From: a bacterium
GTDB taxonomy: Bacteria; Desulfobacterota; Binatia; Binatales; Binataceae
DNA length: 64,000 bases
Assembly (NCBI GenBank): GCA_014896235.1
Contig: JADBKU010000028.1
Coordinates: 83,706 to 147,705, forward strand
Direction: 5' to 3'
Of this stretch, positions 21,650 to 31,485 are shown piece after piece. The translations under genes and the position numbers were made by a program. The notes below the pieces were generated by a model that was given only the letters and a program-made list of their open reading frames with translations, had not been told where the DNA came from and searched no databases. Within the stretch, counting starts at the first letter, position 1; every line of letters begins with the position of its first letter.

Positions 21650-22981
21650 GTGGGGGCTGCCGCATCGGCACGAAGGGCGTTTTATCGTCCGCGCAAGGTT
21701 ACTAGCAAACCGGTTGCGCCTGTGCGCCCCAAACAGGTTTCGCCACAACAGCTCGAAGCTGAATTCGACGACAATGTTGAAGCTGTAGACATTCTCAAGA
21801 AGTCCGGTCCGGTCGGAATCTTCTTTGTCGTCGCCTATATCGCGATCGACGCTCGTGCGCATCTGGCGGGGAAATCGACCCTGGCGCTCGAGTATCACTG
21901 GTTCGCGCTGGCCGTCGTACTTTTGTTCTTTGGCCTGACCTGGCTGCCGGGGTTCCGCGCACACTGGCGGTTCTGGTCGTTTATGACCTGCCTCGTGATG
22001 ATCTCGCTGATTATCAGGATCAGCGGAATCACTCACGAAGGCGCCACGCGTTATATCACGATTGTTCTTTGTCCGTTCGCGACGGCCGCATTCGTGATTT
22101 GGGGCTGGCGATGGCAGTTGCTCCTGATAATTTCCTGCTTTCTGCTCTATTTGATCGGCGAAATCCTGGTTCCGATCGGGCCGCGCTTCGATATCCACCG
22201 GCTGCTTGGATTGCTCGCGGCGCTCACGCTTTCGCAATTCACGGCGGTCTTTCTGGATCGTTACCGGCGCAGGTTGCGCCGGCAGTTGATCCAATTGGCC
22301 GAGGCCGCGGCGTTCCGTGAGACCCAGATCGCGACCATGACCCACGATATCCGCAATCCGCTGGCCACGCTGGTCGGGCTGGTAACATTGCTGGTGGAGG
22401 ACGACCTGGAGGAAAAGGACCGCAGCAATCTGCTCGCGCGCGTCTGGTCAACCACCACCTCGATGGATTTGTTGGTCAAAAATGTGCTCGACCTCTACCT
22501 TCTGGAGGAGCAGCGGCTGCGGCCGAATTGGCGGCCGATCGACGCCAACAGCGTGATCGCGGAAACGGCGGAGCATTGCGCTATCGAAGCGCGGCTCAAG
22601 GGATTGCGCCTGCGGGTCGATTTGGGCGGATTGCCGAAGGCGAGCCTCGATCCGCTTCATCTCGAACGGATCGTCGCCAATCTCGTGACGAGCGCCGTAC
22701 GGCGCACGCCGGCAGGCGAGGTGCGGCTGCAAACCTCGCAGTTTGGCGATTGGATTGTGGTCGAAGTCAGCGACACCGGCCCGGAGGCGACGCCTCACGA
22801 AATCGAGCATATCTTCGATCGGCCGAATCTGGCGGTCGATGGCGCGCGCTCATCCGCGCTCGGGCGCTATATCGCGCACGCGCTGGTCGAGGCCGACGGC
22901 GGCAAAATTCAGGCTCGCGTCGAAGAGGGGTGGGGACTCAACCTGATCGTGCAGTTGCCGATCGAGCCGCCGATTCGCTGA
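21650..22981 (+). CDS. Membrane sensor histidine kinase (orphan)
   Basis: About 6 TM helices, then HisKA (MTHDIRNPLATLVGL) and HATPase_c (VSDTGPEATPHEIEHIF, N/G boxes). No response regulator adjacent. Confidence 0.65.
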   Translation: MGAAASARRAFYRPRKVTSKPVAPVRPKQVSPQQLEAEFDDNVEAVDILKKSGPVGIFFVVAYIAIDARAHLAGKSTLALEYHWFALAVVLLFFGLTWLPGFRAHWRFWSFMTCLVMISLIIRISGITHEGATRYITIVLCPFATAAFVIWGWRWQLLLIISCFLLYLIGEILVPIGPRFDIHRLLGLLAALTLSQFTAVFLDRYRRRLRRQLIQLAEAAAFRETQIATMTHDIRNPLATLVGLVTLLVEDDLEEKDRSNLLARVWSTTTSMDLLVKNVLDLYLLEEQRLRPNWRPIDANSVIAETAEHCAIEARLKGLRLRVDLGGLPKASLDPLHLERIVANLVTSAVRRTPAGEVRLQTSQFGDWIVVEVSDTGPEATPHEIEHIFDRPNLAVDGARSSALGRYIAHALVEADGGKIQARVEEGWGLNLIVQLPIEPPIR

Positions 22982-23120
22982 TTACAGCCCTGGATTCTCA
23001 AGAAAGATCGATACAGGGTTTGCACGCGGTCAAATTTCACGTTGCGCCGACCTCGTTGCGCTATAGTGCATCCACCCGCATCGGCGCGCGCGCGTCCGGG
23101 CGAACCCGAGGAGAAACGCC

Positions 23121-24578
23121 ATGGATTTGGCGAAAAAGTCGAAATCAGCCGCGATTCGCGCACGGCTGAACCATCCGATAATCGATTCCGACGGCCATCA
23201 GATGGAGCTGCCGACGGTCTTTCAGGATTATATGCGCGAAGTGGGCGGCGCGGAGATTATCGATCGTTTCAGAGCGGTCTTTTTCGACACTTTCTTCGAT
23301 CCGCGATGGCGCAATTTCTCGCCCGCCGAGCGCCATCAGCGGCGTACGATTCGGCCCACATGGTGGGCCTGCCCGGCGCGAAACACTCGTGACTTGGCGA
23401 CCGCGCTCATGCCGCGCCTGTTCCATGAGCGGATGGACGAAATGGGACTCGACGTTTCGATCGTCTATCCGACTCTCGGGCTGCTGGCGGTGCAGATGGA
23501 AGACGACGAAGTGCGGCGCGCGGCGGCGCGCGCGCTGAATCGGATGAAGGCCGATATGTTCAGTGGGCTTACCGATCGGCTGATTCCGGTCGCGACGATC
23601 CCGATGCATACGCCGGAGGAAGCGATCGCAGAGCTTGAATATGCGGTGGGCGAGCTAGGCCTGCGCGCGGTCATGATGGCGAGCTACGTGCGAAGGCCGA
23701 TCGAATTCGCGAAAAAAATCTCGCCCGAAGCCGCCCGCTACGCAATCTGGATGGACACCTACGGGCTGGACAGCGAATACGACTACGATCCGGTCTGGGC
23801 GAAATGCGTCGAACTCGGCGTTTCGCCGACGTTTCATTCCGTGGGTTACGGATGGGGAAGCCGGGCCACGCCGTCGAATTACGTTCACAACCATCTGGGA
23901 AACTTCGCCGCCAGCGCCGACGCGATTTGCCGCGGCCTGGTCATGGGCGGCGTGCCGATGCGCTTTCCGACGCTGCGTTTCGCCTTCATGGAGGGCGGCG
24001 CGGCCTGGGCGCGCAATCTGTATTGCGATTTGATTTCACACTGGCGCAAGCGCAATCGCGCCGCGATGGAAAACTACAATCCGGCGAATATCAACGACGC
24101 GGTTTTTGTCGAACTGGCGCGCCGCTACGGAAGCGGCGGAATCGCGGAGCGCGCGGAGGAGATGCTGAAGGCTTTTCGCGGCTTCATGCAACGCGGCGAA
24201 GATCCGGCGCTGCTCGACGAATGGGAGCGGAGCGGCATCCGGCGGCCCGAAGATATTCGCGACATCTTCGCCGAACGTTTCTACTTCGGCTGCGAGGGCG
24301 ACGATCCGATGAACCTGCTCGCCTATGACGCGAAGGGATCTCCGTTCGGCGCGCGCCTGCGCGCGCTCTATGGTTCCGATCTCGGCCACTGGGACGTGCC
24401 CGAGATGGTCGAAGCGGCGGAGGAGGCGTACGAGCTGGTCGAAGAGGGCCTGCTGGGCGAAGAGAATTTCCGCGCGATGGTTTTCGACGACGCCGTGAAA
24501 TTCTGGACCGCGGCGAATCCGAATTTCTTCGCCGGAACAATCGTTGAGGACGCCGCGCGTCGCGCCTGCGCGGGCTGA
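23121..24578 (+). CDS. Amidohydrolase-2 family (TIM-barrel metal-dependent hydrolase/decarboxylase) protein
   Basis: 485 aa. N-terminal IIDSDGH metal motif, later HSVGYGWG and FMEGGAAW segments typical of PF04909-like enzymes. GAGGAG SD. Confidence 0.6.
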   Translation: MDLAKKSKSAAIRARLNHPIIDSDGHQMELPTVFQDYMREVGGAEIIDRFRAVFFDTFFDPRWRNFSPAERHQRRTIRPTWWACPARNTRDLATALMPRLFHERMDEMGLDVSIVYPTLGLLAVQMEDDEVRRAAARALNRMKADMFSGLTDRLIPVATIPMHTPEEAIAELEYAVGELGLRAVMMASYVRRPIEFAKKISPEAARYAIWMDTYGLDSEYDYDPVWAKCVELGVSPTFHSVGYGWGSRATPSNYVHNHLGNFAASADAICRGLVMGGVPMRFPTLRFAFMEGGAAWARNLYCDLISHWRKRNRAAMENYNPANINDAVFVELARRYGSGGIAERAEEMLKAFRGFMQRGEDPALLDEWERSGIRRPEDIRDIFAERFYFGCEGDDPMNLLAYDAKGSPFGARLRALYGSDLGHWDVPEMVEAAEEAYELVEEGLLGEENFRAMVFDDAVKFWTAANPNFFAGTIVEDAARRACAG

Positions 24579-24634
24579 TGAGGCCGCTGAGCTTAATTGC
24601 CGCGCCGCCGGGGCGCGCCATGGGGAGATAAATC

Positions 24635-26215
24635 TTGCGCTACGGCTTTGTCATCGACCACAACCGATGCATCGGATGCCACGCCTGCACGGTTGCGTGC
24701 AAGGAAGAAAACGACGTTCCCGTCGGCGTATTCCGCACCTGGGTCAAATACATCGAAAAGGGCGAGTTTCCCAACTCGAGCCGGCACTTCGGGGTGATGC
24801 GGTGCAATCACTGCGAAGCCGCTCCATGCGTCGAAATCTGTCCGACGCAGGCGCTCTTTCATCGTCCGGATGGCATCGTCGATTTCGACAACAGCCGCTG
24901 CATCGGATGCAAATCGTGCATGCAGGCCTGCCCGTATGACGCGCTCTATCTCGATCCGCGCACCCATACGGCCGCCAAATGCAATTTCTGCGCGCATCGC
25001 ATCGAACGCAATCTGGAGCCTGCTTGCGTGATCGTATGTCCGACGCAGGCGATCATCGCGGGCGATATCGACAACCCCGAATCGCAAGCGGGGAGGATGG
25101 TTGCGAGCGGCAAGCTCGGCGTACGCAAACCGCATAAAGCCACTCAGCCAAAACTGTTCTACTCCGGAATCGAGGGCGATTTCCTTGATCCCTCGATGAT
25201 GACGCCGCAATCGAGTTATCTCTGGTCCGATCGTCCCCCTGACGGAAATCCCTACGCTGTCGCGCCGCCATCCGCGAACTCCAAGCCGGCGCCAGGCGCG
25301 GCGCGCGTGGTTTACGACGTGGCGCATCAACGGCCTTGGGGATTGATTCCGGTCTTCTACTTGTGGACCAAGGCGATCGCCGCGGGACTGATCATCATCG
25401 CCGCGTTCGTCATGGGAATTGATCCCGAACTCGCCGCCTCGCGCGGGCCGCTGCTGAACGAATTCGCGCCGCTCGCCGCGATAATTTTTCTGGCGATAAC
25501 GACAGCGCTCCTGATCGCCGACCTCGACCGCCCCGAACGTTTTTATTTCATCCTGATCAAACCCAACCCGCGATCATGGCTGGTGCGCGGCACCTGGATT
25601 CTGATGCTGTTCGGCGCCCTTGCTGCTGCGTTGCTTGGGTACGCGGTGATATGGCGCGCGCCCGCGCCCGCGGCGTTACGATGGGCGGCGGCGGCGGCCG
25701 GCGCCGGATCCGCATGTTACTCGGCGTTCCTGTTCGCGCAGGGACGCGGCCGCGATCTTTGGCAGAATTCCTCCTTTCTATGGATCCTGCTGGCGCAAGC
25801 GGTGGTCGCCGGCGCCGCGGCGATGATTCTGCTTGCGATCCTCGCGAGTTCGCCCGCGATGCGGCATGCCGGGGCGATGGCGAATCCGGGCCTCGTCCGG
25901 AAAATGGACGTGGTGATGCTAATCGGCGTGTCGTTCAACGCCGCGATCGCGATTGGAATCGTGATGCTACCGCAATATACGGCCGACGCGCGCAAAGCGA
26001 TCGAACTGATCCGCAGCGGGCGGCTGCGCTCGAGCTTCTGGTACGGCGTGATTGGCGCCGGCAACCTGATGCCCGCGCTGCTTGCGGCGTTTCTTATCTG
26101 GCACGGCGCGTCCGACCGCGGGTTGGATCGGCTGACGGCGATTCTGGCGCTGCTCGGCGTGCTGGTGTTCGACGAAATCTGGATTCTGGCCGGCCAGGCC
26201 GCGCCGCTGAGCTGA
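24635..26215 (+). CDS. Fused 4x[4Fe-4S] ferredoxin (PsrB/DmsB-like) and NrfD/PsrC-like membrane anchor
   Basis: TTG start with GGGGAG SD. Four Cys clusters (CIGCHACTVAC, CNHCEAAPCVEICP, CIGCKSCMQACP, CNFCAHRIERNLEPACVIVCP), then about 8 TM helices of NrfD type. Confidence 0.7.
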   Translation: MRYGFVIDHNRCIGCHACTVACKEENDVPVGVFRTWVKYIEKGEFPNSSRHFGVMRCNHCEAAPCVEICPTQALFHRPDGIVDFDNSRCIGCKSCMQACPYDALYLDPRTHTAAKCNFCAHRIERNLEPACVIVCPTQAIIAGDIDNPESQAGRMVASGKLGVRKPHKATQPKLFYSGIEGDFLDPSMMTPQSSYLWSDRPPDGNPYAVAPPSANSKPAPGAARVVYDVAHQRPWGLIPVFYLWTKAIAAGLIIIAAFVMGIDPELAASRGPLLNEFAPLAAIIFLAITTALLIADLDRPERFYFILIKPNPRSWLVRGTWILMLFGALAAALLGYAVIWRAPAPAALRWAAAAAGAGSACYSAFLFAQGRGRDLWQNSSFLWILLAQAVVAGAAAMILLAILASSPAMRHAGAMANPGLVRKMDVVMLIGVSFNAAIAIGIVMLPQYTADARKAIELIRSGRLRSSFWYGVIGAGNLMPALLAAFLIWHGASDRGLDRLTAILALLGVLVFDEIWILAGQAAPLS

Positions 26216-26226
26216 GGAGCTGCAAA

Positions 26227-29052
26227 TTGAGCGAGGAACCGAAACCGCTTAATCCGGCGGCGTCTGGATTAGAGGCGCCAGCAGGCGGACTCGAAAGTTT
26301 TCCGCCGGCGGCGCAATGGGACGACTGGCGCGAATACGATCCAGCTCAATGGCCGCGCAAAGTCGAACGGCAATACCGGCTCATCCCGACCATCTGTTTC
26401 AATTGCGAAGCGGGATGCGGCTTGCTGGCCTATGTTGACAAGGCGAGCGGCCAAATCCGCAAATTCGAGGGCAACCCTGTGCATCCGGGAAGCCGCGGCC
26501 GCAACTGCGCGAAGGGCCCGGCGACGCTCAGCCAGGTTTACGACACGGAACGCATCCGCCACCCGATGCGGCGCGCGGGCAAGCGCGGCGAAGGCAAATG
26601 GGAGCGCGTATCGTGGGATGAAGCTCTAGACGATCTCGCTGCGCGGATTCGCAAAGCGCTCCTTGAAGGCCGGCGCGACCAGGTGCTCTATCACGTCGGC
26701 CGGCCGGGACATGAATTGATTTACAACCAGCGCGTGCTGCACGCGTGGGGAATCGACGGCCACAACAGCCACACCAATATCTGCTCGGCGGGAGCGCGCA
26801 CCGGCTACGCGTTCTGGCATGGGATCGATCGGCCGTCGCCCGACCACGCCAATGCGCGCTTCATCCTGCTGCTCAGCTCGCATCTCGAGGCCGGCCATTA
26901 TTTCAATCCGCATGCGCAGCGGATTATCGACGGCAAAGCGCGCGGCGCGAAAATCTGCGTAATCGATACGCGGCTTTCCAACACCGCTGCGCGCGCCGAC
27001 TACTGGCTGCCGACCTGGCCGGGAAGCGAAGCTGCGGTGTTGCTGGCGATGTGCAAGGTCTTGCTGGACGAGAACCTGTACGATAGCGACTTCGTGCGGC
27101 GCTGGGTGAATTGGGAGGAATATCTGCGCGCGGCCCATCCGGATCTGGAGCCGACCTTTGAAAACTTCGTCGCGGCGCTGAAGCAGGTCTATGCGCAATT
27201 CACGCCCGAGTTCGCCGAGCGCGAATCCGGCGCGCCGGCGGCGACGATCATCGAGGTCGCGCGCGAAATTGGCCGCGCCGGCCATGCGGTCGCTACGCAC
27301 GTCTGGCGCGGCGCGGCGGCCGGCAATCTCGGCGGATGGCAGGTGGCGCGCGCGCTCGAATTTCTTGCCGTGCTGGTCGGCGCCGTCGCAACGCCGGGCG
27401 GAACCGCGCCGGCGGCCTTCAACAAATTCATTCCGGCGCCGCCGTTGATGCCGCCGCCGCCGGCGGCGTGGAACGAGCTGACCTGGCCGCGCGAATATCC
27501 GCTCGCCTTCTTCGAGATGAGTTTTCTGATGCCGCACTTCCTTAAAGAAGGGCGCGGCAAACTCGCGGCCTACTTCACGCGCGTTTACAATCCGGTCTGG
27601 ACAAATCCCGACGGCATGACCTGGATTGAAGTGCTGCGCGACGAAACCCTGGTCGAACGGCACGCCTGCCTGACGCCGGTATGGAGCGAGACGGCGTGGT
27701 TCGCCGATTACGTGCTGCCGATGGGCCATGCGTCGGAGCGGCACGATCTGATGAGCCAGGAGACGCACGCCGCGCGCTGGATCGGATTCCGCCAGCCGGT
27801 GCTCCGGGTAGCGCTCGAACGCGCAGGCAAACGCTTCGCCACGACCTGGGAAGCGCATCGCGAAGCCGGTATCGGCGAAATTTGGGAGGAAGACGAATTC
27901 TGGATCGAACTCTCGTGGCGAATCGATCCCGACGGCGCGATGGGCATCCGGAAATACTTCGAGTCGCCGTACCGTCCGGGCGAAAAACTGACTATCGACG
28001 AATATTACCGGTGGATTTTTGAGAATAGCGTCCCCGGACTGCCTGCCGCGGCGGCGCGCGAGAACCTTTCGCCGCTTGAATTCATGCGCAAGTACGGAGC
28101 GTTTCTGATCGAAGGGAATCCCTACGGCCTGCATGAAAAACAGCTTGGGGCGGACCAACTCGAAGGCGCCAGCGTCGATGGCGCGTCACGCGTGATCAAA
28201 CGCGGCGGCGCGGCGATCGGCGTCGAAATAGACGGCGTCGCGCGGACGGGCTTTCCGACTCCCTCGCGCAAACTGGAATTTTTTTCGCCCACGCTCGCGG
28301 AGTGGAAGTGGCCGGAAATGTCGATTCCATTCTACGTCCGCAGCCACGTTCATCCCGATTCGATCGATCGCGAAAAGGGCGAGATGCTGCTGCTGCCGAC
28401 TTTCCGGCTGCCGACGCTGGTGCATACCCGTTCCGGAAACGCGAAATGGCTGTACGAAATATCGCATCGCAATCCGCTCTGGCTGCATCCCGAGGACGCC
28501 GCAAGATTCAAAGTCGGGACCGGCGATTTGCTCAAGGTTGTGACCGAAATCGGCTACTTTGTCGACCGCGTATGGGTCACGGACGGAATCCGGCCGGGCG
28601 TCGTCGCCTGCTCCCATCATCTTGGAAGATGGCGGCTTAACGATGAGCAAGGCGGCGAACGATGGTCCACCGCGCTCGTGGATCTGCGCGAGACTGAGCC
28701 AGGTAAATGGTTCATGCGACAGATTCACGGAGTGCGACCGTTTCCGAGCGAGGACGCCGACTCGGGCCGGGTATGGTGGGAGGACGCCGGGGTGCATCAG
28801 AACCTGACCTTCCCGGTGCAGCCCGATCCAATCAGCGGCGCTCACTGCTGGCATCAGAAAGTTCGCTTGGAAAAACCCGAGCCTCAGGATCGCTACGGCG
28901 ACATATTCGTCGACACCAGCGCGGCGCATGAGGTGTACCGTCGCTGGATCGCGATGGCGCGCCCCGCGCCGGGTCCCGGCGGACTGCGCCGCCCACTGTG
29001 GCTGGCGCGCGCATACCGGCCCGCCGATGAGGCGTTTTACATCAAGTCGTAA
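26227..29052 (+). CDS. Molybdopterin oxidoreductase catalytic subunit (DMSO reductase family), no Tat signal
   Basis: The long ORF 25576-29052 runs out of frame over the upstream gene. A TTG at 26227 with GAGGAG SD gives about 941 aa. N-terminal FS0 cluster CFNCEAGCG, MopB domain, C-terminal molybdopterin dinucleotide-binding region. No RR Tat motif. Confidence 0.65.
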   Translation: MSEEPKPLNPAASGLEAPAGGLESFPPAAQWDDWREYDPAQWPRKVERQYRLIPTICFNCEAGCGLLAYVDKASGQIRKFEGNPVHPGSRGRNCAKGPATLSQVYDTERIRHPMRRAGKRGEGKWERVSWDEALDDLAARIRKALLEGRRDQVLYHVGRPGHELIYNQRVLHAWGIDGHNSHTNICSAGARTGYAFWHGIDRPSPDHANARFILLLSSHLEAGHYFNPHAQRIIDGKARGAKICVIDTRLSNTAARADYWLPTWPGSEAAVLLAMCKVLLDENLYDSDFVRRWVNWEEYLRAAHPDLEPTFENFVAALKQVYAQFTPEFAERESGAPAATIIEVAREIGRAGHAVATHVWRGAAAGNLGGWQVARALEFLAVLVGAVATPGGTAPAAFNKFIPAPPLMPPPPAAWNELTWPREYPLAFFEMSFLMPHFLKEGRGKLAAYFTRVYNPVWTNPDGMTWIEVLRDETLVERHACLTPVWSETAWFADYVLPMGHASERHDLMSQETHAARWIGFRQPVLRVALERAGKRFATTWEAHREAGIGEIWEEDEFWIELSWRIDPDGAMGIRKYFESPYRPGEKLTIDEYYRWIFENSVPGLPAAAARENLSPLEFMRKYGAFLIEGNPYGLHEKQLGADQLEGASVDGASRVIKRGGAAIGVEIDGVARTGFPTPSRKLEFFSPTLAEWKWPEMSIPFYVRSHVHPDSIDREKGEMLLLPTFRLPTLVHTRSGNAKWLYEISHRNPLWLHPEDAARFKVGTGDLLKVVTEIGYFVDRVWVTDGIRPGVVACSHHLGRWRLNDEQGGERWSTALVDLRETEPGKWFMRQIHGVRPFPSEDADSGRVWWEDAGVHQNLTFPVQPDPISGAHCWHQKVRLEKPEPQDRYGDIFVDTSAAHEVYRRWIAMARPAPGPGGLRRPLWLARAYRPADEAFYIKS

Positions 29053-29193
29053 ACTAGAGTAAGCGACGAATTTAGCCGTTATAGGCCGCCATAGAGCAGA
29101 ATTGCGCGGCACTCATCCTAGATTACGCGCGCGCTGGATTTTCAACTTCACAATCGCGTAAGTCTGGCTACAATACGCGAACCGCGATGGAGT

Positions 29194-30816
29194 TTGACGC
29201 GGGATTGGGAGCCTATGGAAGCGGCGCCGTTGGCTGCACACCTTCCCCACGCGGAAGCGCACAACCAGCACAAATGGCTAATCGCGTTGGCCGTGATGCT
29301 GGGGACGACGCTCGAGGTTCTCGACAGTTCGATCGTCAACGTCTCGCTTCCGCACATGCAGGGCACCTTTTCCGCCAGCGTCGATGAAATCGCCTGGGTG
29401 CTGACCAGTTATCTGGTCGCCAACGGAATCATGATTCCGATGACCGGCTGGATTTCGTCGCGTTTCGGGCGCAAGCGCTATTTTCTGACTTCCGTGTTCA
29501 CCTTCGTAGCCGCATCGGGCCTGTGCGGCGCCGCCGGTTCGCTCGGTCAAATCGTCCTGTTCCGGCTGATTCAGGGCGCGGCCGGCGCGGCGATGCTGCC
29601 GTCGTCGCAGGCCATCTTGATGGAAACCTTTCCGCCGGAGGAGCAGCAGCTCGCGATGGCGACCTGGGGCGTGGGGCTGATGTGCGCTCCGATCCTCGGT
29701 CCGACGCTCGGCGGATGGATCACCGACAACTGGAACTGGCGCTGGAATTTCTACATCAACCTGCCGATCGGCGCGATCGCGTTCCTGATGGTTTCGGCGT
29801 TCGTGCATGACCCGCCCTATCTGCGCAATCGTGTGATTGGGCGCCGCGTCGATTACCTCGGCATCGTTTTTCTTGCCGCTTCGCTTGGCCTGCTGCAAAT
29901 CGTGCTCGATCGCGGAGAGCGCGCCGACTGGTTCAACGCGCCATGGGTGATTTGGGCGTCGATCGCGTCGGCGGCGGCCTTTCTGGCGTTGTGCGTACGC
30001 GAGCTTCATTTCAGCGAACCGATTATCGATTTGCGGATGCTTAAAATCCGCCTGTTCAGCATCGCGGTCTTTCTGGTGACGGTGCTTAGTTTCGTATTGT
30101 TCGGCACCGGCATGCTCAATCCGGTCTTTTTGCAGGAATTCATGGGCTACACCGCGTGGAAAGCGGGCCTGGTGATGGCGCCGCGGGCGATCGCCGCGAT
30201 GGCGTCGATGGTAATCGCCGGACAAGTGGCGCGCGCCGGTTACGACAACAAACGCCTGATTGGCATCAGCTTCGCTCTGATGACGGTGGGCCTATGGTAC
30301 ATGGCGCATTGGAACCTCGATGTCGGGATGTGGCAGATCATCTGGCCGGGCATCATCCTGGGCGCCGGTCTCGGCCTGTGCTTTCCAATACTTTCCGCCG
30401 CCGCGCTGTCATGCGTCGCGCGCGAACGGATGGGCTTCGCGGCAAGCTTGTACAACATGATGCGCAACACGGGCGCCGCGATCGGCATCGCATACATGAC
30501 CAACTCGCTGATCCGCAATCAGCAGATCCATCAATCGTATCTGGTGCAGCATTTTTCGGTGTTCGACGCCTGGCGGCTCTCCAACATGCCGATACACGCG
30601 CCCGGCGCGCCACCATTCGCTTATTTGCCGGAAATCGTAAGCGGCCAGAAACAGGGTCTCGGCCTGGTCTATGAAATGATTTTGGGACAGGCGTCGATAC
30701 TCGCGTTCAGCGATATCTACAGGATTCTTGCCGTGATGACCGTGCTTATGATTCCGTCGTTCCTGCTGTTTCGCGGCGCACGCACGAACGCTGGCGGGAA
30801 CGCCGCGATGCATTGA
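29194..30816 (+). CDS. MFS transporter, DHA2 (EmrB/QacA, 14-TMS) family
   Basis: 540 aa, 14 predicted TMS, DHA2 motifs (LDSSIVNVSLPHM, GRKRYFL). Confidence 0.7.
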   Translation: MTRDWEPMEAAPLAAHLPHAEAHNQHKWLIALAVMLGTTLEVLDSSIVNVSLPHMQGTFSASVDEIAWVLTSYLVANGIMIPMTGWISSRFGRKRYFLTSVFTFVAASGLCGAAGSLGQIVLFRLIQGAAGAAMLPSSQAILMETFPPEEQQLAMATWGVGLMCAPILGPTLGGWITDNWNWRWNFYINLPIGAIAFLMVSAFVHDPPYLRNRVIGRRVDYLGIVFLAASLGLLQIVLDRGERADWFNAPWVIWASIASAAAFLALCVRELHFSEPIIDLRMLKIRLFSIAVFLVTVLSFVLFGTGMLNPVFLQEFMGYTAWKAGLVMAPRAIAAMASMVIAGQVARAGYDNKRLIGISFALMTVGLWYMAHWNLDVGMWQIIWPGIILGAGLGLCFPILSAAALSCVARERMGFAASLYNMMRNTGAAIGIAYMTNSLIRNQQIHQSYLVQHFSVFDAWRLSNMPIHAPGAPPFAYLPEIVSGQKQGLGLVYEMILGQASILAFSDIYRILAVMTVLMIPSFLLFRGARTNAGGNAAMH

Positions 30817-30853
30817 CGAGCTGGCGAAATTTCCCGCCGCCGCACGATTTCAT

Positions 30854-31378
30854 TCACGGCTCCATCTTTTTCAGTGTTCGCGCAAATATTTCGCGGGCCG
30901 TTTCGTCGAACAGCACGAATTCGATCCGCTCCAGCGACGTAGGTCCGCGCAGATGGTCGCGCGCCTCAGCGAGCATCACCTCGGCGCAACGCTCGAGCGG
31001 AAAGCCGGCAATTCCGGTCCCGACGGCCGGAAACGCGATCGATTTCAGGCCATGCTCCGCCGCGAGGCGGAGCGCATTGCGCGTCGCGTCGCGCAATCCC
31101 GATTCCGACGTGCGCTCGCCCAGCCGCATGCTTGCGGCATGAATCACGTAACGCGCGGGCAGCCGTCCCGCGCCGGTGATTGCCGCTTCGCCGACGCGGA
31201 TCGGGCCGATTTTATCGCACTCGGCCTGAATCGACGGGCCGCCCCTGCTGCGGATCGCGCCGGCGACCCCTCCGCCCAGCATCAAGTCGTTGTTGGCGGC
31301 GTTGACGATCGCGTCCACTTCCGCTTCGGTAAGATCGCCTTGCCGAATGACGACACGCGTGCGCCAGTCGGTATCCAT
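30854..31378 (-). CDS. Macro domain protein (O-acetyl-ADP-ribose deacetylase, YmdB-like)
   Basis: AIVNAANNDLMLGGGVAGAI and AFPAVGTGIAGFP macro-domain motifs. Start at MDTDWRT with GAGGAG SD. Confidence 0.65.
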   Translation of the reverse strand: MDTDWRTRVVIRQGDLTEAEVDAIVNAANNDLMLGGGVAGAIRSRGGPSIQAECDKIGPIRVGEAAITGAGRLPARYVIHAASMRLGERTSESGLRDATRNALRLAAEHGLKSIAFPAVGTGIAGFPLERCAEVMLAEARDHLRGPTSLERIEFVLFDETAREIFARTLKKMEP

Positions 31379-31485
31379 TGTGACGGCTCCTCTTCGCAAA
31401 CGAAGCTTTTTGGCGCGGCGTCGCGCAGCCACGGCCGTTCGCTTTTGCTATTATTCGTCCGGGTGCGGGTTTACCCAAGGATGCG

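Noticed and set aside
25576-26226. 5' 217 codons of the long ORF 25576-29052
   Set aside because: This part overlaps the FeS-NrfD gene out of frame and is Arg-rich nonsense. The molybdoenzyme almost certainly starts at TTG 26227 with a GAGGAG SD.
26626-28158. 510-aa antisense ORF opposite the molybdopterin oxidoreductase
   Set aside because: Antisense, low complexity. The sense strand has MopB-family conservation.
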